From positions 1-24,573 of the forward strand of contig JAYENL010000241.1 in assembly GCA_034722055.1 (NCBI GenBank): DNA of 24,573 nt, written 5' to 3'. This DNA is from Armatimonadota bacterium (GTDB taxonomy: Bacteria; Armatimonadota; Zipacnadia; Zipacnadales; UBA5352). Positions 1-9,332 of the stretch are shown here, in pieces. Below the pieces are notes generated by a model. That model did no database searches. It was not told where the DNA came from and saw nothing but the letters and a program-made list of their open reading frames with translations. The stretch's first letter is position 1. The number at the start of each line of letters is the position of its first letter. Both the position numbers and the translations under genes were made by a program.

Positions 1-221
1 GCGTCATGGAGGGGCCGGACTACTGTCCGGCCCGTCGTTCTTCGCCGCAGGCGGGAGAGGGGGAGACGGCAACGGCAAACGGCCGGCGGGCAAGGCTGCC
101 CGCCGCTCCGTACGGCAAAGGCAGCCACGCGAGGCGTCATGGAGGGGCCGGACTACTGTCCGGCCCGTCGTTCCTTACGACAAGGACCAACGGCCCGGCC
201 GGGCCGGAGACCGGTCCCTCC
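1..221. repeat. Cluster of four REP-like hairpins with GGAG foot, arranged as two inward-facing doublets (BIME/REPIN-like); includes an exact 40-bp direct repeat (1-40 and 134-173)
   Basis: GGAG-GGGCCGGAC-TACT-GTCCGGCCC at 8-33 and 141-166. Inverted partners CGGCGGGCA-AGGC-TGCCCGCCG-CTCC at 84-109 and GGGCCGG-AGA-CCGGTCC-CTCC at 201-221. Intergenic, downstream of purM; may continue left of the window. Confidence 0.75.
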
Positions 222-229
222 GAAGGGCT

Positions 230-249
230 GGGCAACGGCGCCGTTGCCC
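230..249 (-). terminator. Perfect 20-bp palindrome just downstream of the purM stop; putative terminator or 3' stabilising hairpin
   Basis: GGGCAACGGC|GCCGTTGCCC begins 4 nt after the purM TAG; no U-tract. Confidence 0.45.
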
Positions 250-253
250 GGGC

Positions 254-1294
254 CTACCCCAGCGCGCAGCCGCCGGGGCCGCCTGCGCGGACCTCGCCGA
301 CGATCAGCGGCTCCTCGCCGGCATCGGAGAGGACGTCGCAGGCGGCGTCGGCGTCCTGTTCGCCGACGGCGAGCACCATGCCCAGTCCGAGGTTGAAGGT
401 GCGCCGCATCTCCTCCTCGGCCACGCCGCCGGTGCGCTGGATGAGGTCGAAGATCGCCGGGCGCCGGAAGCTGCTCATGTCCACGTGCCCGGTGAGGCCC
501 TCGGGGATGCCGCGGCCGATGTTGCCGGGGATGCCGCCGCCGGTGATGTGCATGATGGCGTGGGGGAGAGGGCCCCCCTCGAGCAGCTTCACCAGCGAGG
601 CGGCGTAGATGCGCGTGGGCTCCAGCAGCTCCTCGCCCAGCGTGCGTCCGAGCTCCGGGACCTCCTCGTCCAGCGGCATCTCGGCGCCGTCGAGGAGGAC
701 GTAGCGCGCCAGGGAGTAGCCGTTGCTGTGCAGGCCTGACGAGGGGAGACCGACGAGGACGTCGCCCGCGGTGACCTCGGAGCCGTCGATGATCGCGGAG
801 CGCTCCATGACCCCCACCGCGAAGCCCACCAGGTCATACTCGCCCTCCTGGTACATGTCTCCAAGCTCGGCGGTCTCACCGCCCAGGAGGGCGCAGCCGG
901 CGAGCTGGCAGCCCCGGGCCACCCCAGTGACGATCTCGGCGACGACCTCGGGGATGAGGTCGCCGATGCCGATGTAGTCCAGGAACAGCAGCGGCCGGGC
1001 GCCCTGGCAAACGATGTCATCCACGCACATCGCCACGCAGTCCTGCCCCACCGTGTCATGCCTGTCCAGCGCGAAGGCGATCTTGAGCTTGGTGCCCACG
1101 GAGTCGGTGCCCGCGACCAGAACGGGATCCACGTAGGCATCGCCGAGGCCCATCATGCCGCCGAAGTCGGTGAGCCCGCTGATGACCGCGGGAGAATGCG
1201 TTGACTTCACGGCGGCCCTCATCAGCTCCACGGCCTGCTCGCCGGCCTGGATGTCAACGCCGGCGTCCCTGTAGGTGGGGCCCTGGTCGTCCAT
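254..1294 (-). CDS. purM: Phosphoribosylformylglycinamidine cyclo-ligase (AIR synthetase)
   Basis: TYRDAGVDI, GTDSVGTKL, GGETAE, SSGLHSNGYSL, HITGGG and TFNLGLGM motifs; AGGAGG RBS upstream. Confidence 0.97.
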   Translation of the reverse strand: MDDQGPTYRDAGVDIQAGEQAVELMRAAVKSTHSPAVISGLTDFGGMMGLGDAYVDPVLVAGTDSVGTKLKIAFALDRHDTVGQDCVAMCVDDIVCQGARPLLFLDYIGIGDLIPEVVAEIVTGVARGCQLAGCALLGGETAELGDMYQEGEYDLVGFAVGVMERSAIIDGSEVTAGDVLVGLPSSGLHSNGYSLARYVLLDGAEMPLDEEVPELGRTLGEELLEPTRIYAASLVKLLEGGPLPHAIMHITGGGIPGNIGRGIPEGLTGHVDMSSFRRPAIFDLIQRTGGVAEEEMRRTFNLGLGMVLAVGEQDADAACDVLSDAGEEPLIVGEVRAGGPGGCALG

Positions 1295-1310
1295 CGCACC
1301 CCTCCTTGGT

Positions 1311-2777
1311 TCAGGTCCGGGCCGCGTGCTCCTCGAGGTCGAACTTCGTCGCCATCAGATGGTCCGGCACCGGAATGGGATACTTGTTGTCGAAGCACGC
1401 GGTGCAGAAGTTGGTCTTCGGCAGCCCCACGGCCTTGACGAGGTTCCGCAGGTGGAGGAACTCCAGCGAGTCCGCGCCAACGTGCTCGCGGATCTTCTGC
1501 TTGCTGAGGCGAGCGGCGATCAGCTCCGACCGGCCCGCGGACGTATCGATGCCGTAGAAGCAGGGGTACTTGATGGGCGGGCAACTGATGCGCAGGTGGA
1601 TCTCCCGGGCACCCGCGTCGCGGAGCAACCCGATCTCCGGGCCGGTGGTCGTGCCGCGGACGATGGAGTCATCGACCACTACCAGGCGCTTGCCCGCGAT
1701 GGCCTCCCGCAGCGGAGTGAGCTTCATGCGCACGCCCAGCGAGCGCATCCGCTGGCTGGGCTTGATGAAGGTGCGGTGGATGTAACGGTTCTTGATGAAG
1801 CCCTCCCCGAATGGGATGCCCGAGACCTCGGCGAAGCCCACGGCGTGGGGAATGCCGGTCTCCGGCACGCCCATGACCATGTCGGCGTCCACGGGGGCCT
1901 GCCTGGCGAGCATGTGGCCCATGCGGACACGCGACTGGTAGATCGAGCGGCCGTAGATATGGCTGTCGGGGCGCGCGAAGTAGATGAACTCGAAGATGCA
2001 GCAGGCCTTGCGCTCGGGCTCGATGATCTGCGTGGGATGCATCTCGCCGCCGGCGAAGCTGATGATCTCGCCCGGCTCCACCTCGCGAACGTAGTCCGCC
2101 CCGATGGGGTGCAGCGCGCAGGTCTCCGATGCCACGACCCAGTGGGCGCCATTGAGCCGCCCCACGCACAGCGGACGCACGCCGTGGGGGTCGCGCACGG
2201 CAATGAGCCGGTCCGGCGTGATGATCGCCAGCGAGTAGGCGCCCTTCATCCGGTGCATGGCCTCGGCGATGGCGTCCTCGAGGCGCCTGTGGCTGGAGCG
2301 GGCGATGAGCTGGGTGATGACCTCCGTGTCGCTGGTGGCCTTGAACACAACCCCCTGGGCCTCAAGCTCATCGCGGAGGGCCCTGGCGTTGACGACATTC
2401 CCGTTGTGGGCCACGGCGAAGGGGCCGCTGCGGTGCTCCGCCACGAAGGGCTGAGCGTTCTCGATGACGTTGGAGCCCATGGTGGAGTAGCGGACGTGGC
2501 CGAGCCCCACGTCGCCCTGCAGCCGAGAAAGGTCCTCGTCATCGAAGACCTCGGTGGCCAGCCCCATCCCGGTGTGAACGTTGATCTCCCCGTCGGTGCC
2601 CACCGCGATCCCGGCGCTCTCCTGCCCCCGATGCTGGAGGGCGAAGAGTCCGAAGTAGCACAGCCGCGAGATGTCGTCGGTGCCCGGCGCCTGGATGCCG
2701 CACACCCCGCAGGCATCGCCCCAGGCCCTCTCACGCGGCCATCGAAGGTAGGCTGCGCAGTCCTCGTGCGCGTTCAT
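1311..2777 (-). CDS. purF: Amidophosphoribosyltransferase, B. subtilis-type (propeptide, 4Fe-4S ligands)
   Basis: LQHRGQESAGI, GHVRYST, HNGN, VDDSIVRGTT PRPP-binding motif; Fe-S Cys motifs CIFEFIYFARPDS, PCFYGID, FCTACF. ATGA overlap with purE. Confidence 0.97.
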   Translation of the reverse strand: MNAHEDCAAYLRWPRERAWGDACGVCGIQAPGTDDISRLCYFGLFALQHRGQESAGIAVGTDGEINVHTGMGLATEVFDDEDLSRLQGDVGLGHVRYSTMGSNVIENAQPFVAEHRSGPFAVAHNGNVVNARALRDELEAQGVVFKATSDTEVITQLIARSSHRRLEDAIAEAMHRMKGAYSLAIITPDRLIAVRDPHGVRPLCVGRLNGAHWVVASETCALHPIGADYVREVEPGEIISFAGGEMHPTQIIEPERKACCIFEFIYFARPDSHIYGRSIYQSRVRMGHMLARQAPVDADMVMGVPETGIPHAVGFAEVSGIPFGEGFIKNRYIHRTFIKPSQRMRSLGVRMKLTPLREAIAGKRLVVVDDSIVRGTTTGPEIGLLRDAGAREIHLRISCPPIKYPCFYGIDTSAGRSELIAARLSKQKIREHVGADSLEFLHLRNLVKAVGLPKTNFCTACFDNKYPIPVPDHLMATKFDLEEHAART

Positions 2778-3277
2778 TGTGCCTCCCCGTGCACGCGCCG
2801 ATCAGTCTCGATGACCTCCGCCCTGCACGCGGCGGTCATCTCCTCAAGTCGCCCGGCCAGCTCCGCGTCCTCAATGGCCAGGATGCGAGCCGCCAGCACG
2901 GCTGCGTTGGTGGCGCCGTCGATTGAGACTGTGGCTACCGGCACTCCGGAGGGCATCTGAACCATGCTGTAGAGCGCATCGACGGCCCGCAGGGCAGTGG
3001 CGTCGATGGGCACGCCGATGACCGGAAGCGTGGTCTGGGCGGCGAGGCAGCCGGGCAGCGCGGCGGCGGCCCCGGCTCCGGCGATGACGACCTTCAGCCC
3101 CCGTTCGGCCGCCCCCGAGGCCCACTCGGCCACCAGGTCCGGAGTGCGGTGCGCCGACATGACGCGCATCTCGTACGCCACTCCCAGCTCGCTGAGGAGC
3201 TCGGCGCACGGCCGCATGACCTCCAGGTCGGACTCGCTGCCCATCACGATCCCGACCAGCGGCGCACCGTCACCCAT
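2774..3277 (-). CDS. purE: PurE (N5-CAIR mutase / AIR carboxylase family)
   Basis: IVMGSESD, SAHRTP, LPVIGVP, SMVQMPSGVPVATV. Start placed at ATG 3277, 4 nt after the purD stop, rather than GTG 3301. Confidence 0.95.
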   Translation of the reverse strand: MGDGAPLVGIVMGSESDLEVMRPCAELLSELGVAYEMRVMSAHRTPDLVAEWASGAAERGLKVVIAGAGAAAALPGCLAAQTTLPVIGVPIDATALRAVDALYSMVQMPSGVPVATVSIDGATNAAVLAARILAIEDAELAGRLEEMTAACRAEVIETDRRVHGEAQ

Positions 3278-3281
3278 CGGC

Positions 3282-4552
<1,271 letters not shown>

Positions 4553-4556
<4 letters not shown>

Positions 4557-6007
4557 TCGTAGACCTCAGCTTCCCGGAACACGTCCAGGTTCACGAAGAT
4601 GCGCGAGTCCTCCTTAAAGCCCAGCGTTCGATCGATGGTGCCGACAGGACCATTGCGGTGCTTGGCGATGATGATCTGGACAGTGCCATCCATGTAATCG
4701 CTGGGTTCATCGCTTTCCTCGCTCACGAAAGCCTCTGCCTCCGCCTCCACCTCATCCGCCGACTTCTTTCTGTCGTAGTAGCTGGCGCGGTACAGCATGC
4801 ACACCAGGTCCGCCTCCGCCTCGATGGAGCCGGACTCGGCGAGGTCGGAGAGGATGGGGTGCTTGTCCTCGCGGCGCTCCACGTTGCGGGAGAGCTGAGA
4901 GGCGAGGACTACGCAGACGTCCAGCTCCCGGGCCAGGGCCTTCATGGCCCGCGCCACCTCCCCGATCTCCTGGTGCCGGTTCTCGTACGAGCGGCGATCG
5001 GTGGTCACAAGCTGCAGGTAGTCCACGCAGATGATCCCGACGTCATGCTGGGACTTCATGCGGCGGGCCTTGGAGCGCAGCTCCATGATGGAGATACCCG
5101 GGGTGTCATCGATGTAGATGGGGGCCTCCGCCAGGGCGCCGACCGCCTGGCCGATGCGCCCCCACTCCGGCTTGGTGGCCTGGCCCCGCCGCAGACGCCA
5201 TGAGTTGGCCTGCGCCCGTGCGCACAACATCATCTCGGCGAGCTGCTGAGCGGACATCTCCAGAGAGAAGATGCCCACAGGCACGTCCTCGTCGAGCGCG
5301 GCGTGCATGGCGATGTTGTTGACCATCAGCGAGGTCTTGCCCATCGAGGGGCGGCCCGCGACGATGACCAGGTCCCCCTCCTGCAGGCCGGAGGTCATCT
5401 TGTCGAACTCCGTAAGGCCTGTGGCTATGCCTGCCAGGAAGCCCTTGCGCCGGTAGACGCTGTCGAGGTGGTCGAAGGTCTCGTGCACCACCGGCCCCAG
5501 CTGGGTGTAGTCCTTGCTGGAGCGCTCCTGGGCGATCTTGAAGATCCTCTGCTCGGCATGGTCCAGGGCGTTCTGCAGATCCTCAGGGTTGTCGTAGGCC
5601 AGCGCCTGGATCTCGGCGCCGGCCTGGATCAGCCGGCGCAGGACGGCCTTGTCGTGGACGATGGTGGCGTAGCGGACGACGTGGGCGGTGGTGGGCACCT
5701 CGCCGATCAGCGCGGTAAGGTACTCCCCGCCCCCGACGCCTGCCAGCTTTTCGCGGCGCCGCAGCTCGGCGCCGACCGTCACCACGTCAACCGGGTTGCC
5801 GCGCTCCTCCAACGCCTGGATGGCGGAGAAGATCTCCCGGTGCGCCTCCCGGTAGAAGTCCTCCTCGGTGACGATGGCCATGGCGCGGCTGACCGCTCCG
5901 GCCTCCATGAGCATAGCGCCCAGGGTGGCCTGCTCGGCCTCCAGGTCCTGCGGCGGCAGTCTGTCGGACAGCCTGTCGAGCGTGCGCGTGATGCCGTCGT
6001 CGGACAT
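4553..6007 (-). CDS. dnaB: Replicative DNA helicase
   Basis: PPQDLEAEQATLG N-terminus, Walker A GRPSMGKT, FSLEMS, DYLQL, SQLSR, SGSIEAEAD, AKHRNGP; GGAGG RBS; no intein. Confidence 0.97.
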
Positions 6008-6104
6008 CAGTGCCTCCCGCGATGGAGCATTGCTCGGTCAATGGTGCGCCGCCCGCCTCCCCGGAGTCCGCCCCCGGGCGGCCGGGCGATGCCCATGCAC
6101 GCCC

Positions 6105-6704
6105 TTACTCCGCCTCGTCCTCGGACTCCTCCTCGTCCTCCTCGACGCCCTCCGCATCCTCGCCCTCCGGGGTCTCTTCGCCCTCTTCCTCTTCGTCCTC
6201 TTCCGCCATGTACTCCTCGGCGATCTCCGCCAGGATCTCCTCGGCGCTGCGCTCGTCCGCGAGAGGAACGACGCGCACCGGAAGCTGGCCCTCGACATCC
6301 TTGTAGACCTTGGCGGTGATGAGGTAGTCGCCGATCTCCCTGATGGGCTCCGGGATGTCAATGTCGCGCCTGTCGATGACAATGCCGAGCTGCTCCTCGG
6401 CCGCCTCGCTGATCTGCCCGGTGGTGACGGTGCCGTGCAGCCGGTCGCCCTCCCCGGTAGGGGCCTTCACGATGATGCGCCGGTCGCGCAGATCTTCGAC
6501 CTTGGCGTGGGCGCGCTCGCGCTTGGCCTCGTCGCGGCGCTGAATGGCCTGGCTGCGGTTCTCCAGGTCCTTCAGGGCGCCCGTGGTGGCCCGAACGGCC
6601 ATCTCCCGTGGCTCCAGGAAGTTGCGGTAGTAGCCGTCCGCCACGTCGATGACGTCGCCCTCGTGGCCGACGCGCGGGATGTCCTCAAGCAGTATGACCT
6701 TCAT
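6105..6704 (-). CDS. rplI: 50S ribosomal protein L9 with acidic C-terminal extension
   Basis: MKVILLEDIPRVGHEGDVIDVADGYYRNFLEP L9 signature, LHGTVT, PIREIG. AGGAGGAG RBS directly before ATG 6704 (the ORF-track start 6764 is too far upstream). Confidence 0.95.
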   Translation of the reverse strand: MKVILLEDIPRVGHEGDVIDVADGYYRNFLEPREMAVRATTGALKDLENRSQAIQRRDEAKRERAHAKVEDLRDRRIIVKAPTGEGDRLHGTVTTGQISEAAEEQLGIVIDRRDIDIPEPIREIGDYLITAKVYKDVEGQLPVRVVPLADERSAEEILAEIAEEYMAEEDEEEEGEETPEGEDAEGVEEDEEESEDEAE

Positions 6705-6821
6705 CTGTCTCCTCCTGATCGCGTTGCCGCTGTGGACACGGGGCTTCAGCGGCGTCAACAGCATGTCCGCGCGAGCCGCCGCGTGCGGCCCGCGGAGCGG
6801 TCCGGCAATGCCCGGTTCCGC

Positions 6822-8393
6822 TCAGAAGTCCGTCTGGTAGCGCACTCCGATCATGGGGTCGGTGTGCTTCAGGGCCCGCTCCAACCCCAGCAGCAGGCCG
6901 TACTCGCGTCTCACGGCCAGACGCCACCGCAGGTCCAGGCGCGCGTCATCGGGGTTATACAGCTCCATCTCCAGCGCCCGATCCCCGGCGTACTGCCAGT
7001 CGTAGCCCATCCCCAGCTTGTTGCCGAACAGCCCGCCGCGCACCCATCCAGGGCCCAATCGTTCGTTGTACTGCACGTCCATCGTCTCCACGTCCCCGAA
7101 GTCCCGCACCCCCAGCCGCCAGTAGGGATCCTCCTCCGGGTCGAGCCGTACGTCGATGGCCGCATCGGCTCTGAGCGCGTCTTCCCGCGCCGCACGCACC
7201 TGCAGGCGCATGCGGCTGCGAATCCGGGTGATCATCTCCTGGGTCTGCCGCACTCTGACCAGCGTATTCTCGATGTCGGTCATGACGTTCCCGGCCCGCT
7301 CCATGGTCCCGGTGCTGGCCTCGGCAGTCTCCCGCAGGCTGTGGACGGCGGCCCTCAGGTCCTGGGTCATCTGCTCGTCGCCCATAAGCTGCTCAGCGTG
7401 CTCACTGGTGGCCTTGAGGCTCTCGGACGCCTCCCGCACATTGTCGAGCGTGGCGCGGATGTCGGCCCTCATCTGTTCGTCGCCGGCCAGCTCAGCGGCG
7501 CTCTCGCTCATCTGGCGGACGTTCTCGCTGGCCTCCTGAAGGGTGGCGATCACCTCCTCGACCTGCCGGTCGATGGTGGTGTCCTCCACCCGCTCCCTGG
7601 CGTTCTGGGCGATGGCCGCCAGGTCCTCCGAGGCCAGCCGGATGTTCTCTCCCGCCGCCGCCAGTTGTGCCGGCGCCGGTGTGAGCTCTACCATCCGCTG
7701 CACCTGCCTGGTGGTCTCCTCTACGTCCTCGGAGGCCGCCATGAGGTTGGTCATGACGGCGGCCAGCCGTTCCTCGTTGGCCGCGCTGGCCCTGCCGAAG
7801 GTGTCCACGACCTCGACGACCTTGCCGGTGATGAGCACAGCCTGCTCCGTCGCCGTGCGAAGGTTCGCGACCGTATGCTTGAGATTCTCCTGCGTCTGAG
7901 CGTCGGCGAGCACCAGGTTGGCGGCCTCCACGGCCTCGCGGGCGGCCACGACCAGGCGCTGAGCCTCGTCCATAACGACCTCGGTGCTGGTGACCCCGCT
8001 GCCGCCCACGACGTCGCCGTCCTTGAGTTTCACGCGCTGCGTGACGTCCTCGGGACGGCTGATGGCCAGGTACCTATCGCCCACGAGCGAGCCCTGCTTG
8101 ATCTCGAAGACGTCCGAGGCGTAGAGGATCTCGTCGCGGATCCTCATCTTCACGGCCACCGGCTGGGAGGGAAAGTCGGGGTCCGGCCGGATCTCCACCT
8201 CGGACACCTCGCCGATGCCCTTCCCGAACAGAGTCACCGCCGAGCCGCCTCTCAGCCCTTGGACGTTGGCGAACCGGACCGTTACGGTGTAGGCGCCCAG
8301 GTTCCGAAGGGCGTCGCTGAGGAACACCGCCACCGCCAGCGCCAGCACCGCCGTCACGATGACCAGCAGGCCCACCTTCGCCTCCGCTGACAC
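6822..8393 (-). CDS. mlaD: MCE/MlaD family protein: N-terminal TM helix, MCE domain, long helical repeats, C-terminal beta-barrel-like domain
   Basis: EAKVGLLV TM segment; YTVTVRFANVQGL..GSAV...G..IGEV and SLVGDRYLAI MCE motifs; lies downstream of mlaE and mlaF; ends IGVRYQTDF. Confidence 0.85.
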   Translation of the reverse strand: MSAEAKVGLLVIVTAVLALAVAVFLSDALRNLGAYTVTVRFANVQGLRGGSAVTLFGKGIGEVSEVEIRPDPDFPSQPVAVKMRIRDEILYASDVFEIKQGSLVGDRYLAISRPEDVTQRVKLKDGDVVGGSGVTSTEVVMDEAQRLVVAAREAVEAANLVLADAQTQENLKHTVANLRTATEQAVLITGKVVEVVDTFGRASAANEERLAAVMTNLMAASEDVEETTRQVQRMVELTPAPAQLAAAGENIRLASEDLAAIAQNARERVEDTTIDRQVEEVIATLQEASENVRQMSESAAELAGDEQMRADIRATLDNVREASESLKATSEHAEQLMGDEQMTQDLRAAVHSLRETAEASTGTMERAGNVMTDIENTLVRVRQTQEMITRIRSRMRLQVRAAREDALRADAAIDVRLDPEEDPYWRLGVRDFGDVETMDVQYNERLGPGWVRGGLFGNKLGMGYDWQYAGDRALEMELYNPDDARLDLRWRLAVRREYGLLLGLERALKHTDPMIGVRYQTDF

Positions 8394-8399
8394 CTGCGA

Positions 8400-9305
8400 T
8401 CACCTCTGGGGACTGACAGAGCAGTGCTCGGTCATCGGGCCGGTCCCGACGGCGTGAACGAAGCGGTGGACGATCTCACTGTCGGAGGCCAGAAGCTCCT
8501 GGGGCGTGCCTATCACCTGAACCCGCCGCTCGTGCAGCATCAGCATGCGGTCGGTGATCCCCAGCATGTTCGACACGTCGTGGGACACCACGATGGCCGT
8601 GGAGCCGGTGTCCGCCCGGACCTTCTTGATCAGAGCCGTGATATTGCAGCCCATTACCGGGTCCAGGCCGCTGCTGGGCTCGTCGTAGAGGACCAGCTCC
8701 GGCTCCTCCATCAGCGCCCGGGCGATGCCCACCCGCTTCTTCATCCCGCCGGAGAGGTCGGCCGGCATGCGGTCCTCGGTGCCCCCCATCTCCACCACAT
8801 CCAGCAGCTCCCGCACCCGCCGGTCGATCTCCCCCTGTGAGATGTCCGTGCGGTTGCGCAGGGAGAAGGCCACGTTCTCCGCCACCGTCATGGAGTCGAA
8901 CAGCGCCGAGTACTGAAAGCACATCCCCATCGACCTGCGCACGCGGTTGAGCCCATCCTCATCCAGGCGGGTGATGTCCTCGCCCTTGAAGAAGATGTGC
9001 CCGCTGGTGGGGCGGTCAAGACCGATGAGCAGTCTCAGCAGCGTGGTCTTGCCCGAGCCCGACATTCCCATGATCCCGAAGATCTCGCCCCGGTAGACGT
9101 CGAACGAGATGTCCTCGAGGATGGGCGTGTCGTCCACGCTGTAGTAAACGTGCTGGGCCGACATCAGCGGCTCGCCACTGCGGTCCACCGGCTCGGCCTG
9201 AGGCGGGGCGTGCGGGCGGAGGCCCTCCTCCTCGTCCGGCGCACTCGCGGTGCTGTCCACCGCGGTCTCGCCGGCATCCGCCACACTCTTGTCGGTGCCC
9301 GACAT
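8400..9305 (-). CDS. mlaF: ABC transporter ATP-binding protein, MlaF/Mkl family
   Basis: Walker A GMSGSGKT, FQYSALFDSMTVAENVAF, LSGGMKKRVGIARA, LYDEPSSGLDP, VSHD. Start could be 9305 or 9314; low-complexity N-terminal extension of about 45 aa. Confidence 0.9.
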   Translation of the reverse strand: MSGTDKSVADAGETAVDSTASAPDEEEGLRPHAPPQAEPVDRSGEPLMSAQHVYYSVDDTPILEDISFDVYRGEIFGIMGMSGSGKTTLLRLLIGLDRPTSGHIFFKGEDITRLDEDGLNRVRRSMGMCFQYSALFDSMTVAENVAFSLRNRTDISQGEIDRRVRELLDVVEMGGTEDRMPADLSGGMKKRVGIARALMEEPELVLYDEPSSGLDPVMGCNITALIKKVRADTGSTAIVVSHDVSNMLGITDRMLMLHERRVQVIGTPQELLASDSEIVHRFVHAVGTGPMTEHCSVSPQR

Positions 9306-9332
9306 CTCCACCAACCTCCACGGCCCCGCGGG

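Noticed and set aside
1..173. 40-bp palindromic direct repeat as a CRISPR array
   Set aside because: Only two copies, the 93-bp 'spacer' itself contains a footed hairpin, and no cas genes are in the window; a REP/BIME reading fits better.
6..608. ORFs 6..608 and 139..396 with identical N-termini (MEGPDYCPARR)
   Set aside because: The identity is a by-product of the DNA repeat; both run antisense into purM with low-complexity composition.
1275..2960. 561-aa plus-strand ORF
   Set aside because: Antisense shadow of purF/purE; high-GC codon bias suppresses stops on the opposite strand.
5868..8390. 840-aa plus-strand ORF
   Set aside because: Antisense shadow of dnaB/rplI/mlaD with no recognisable motifs.
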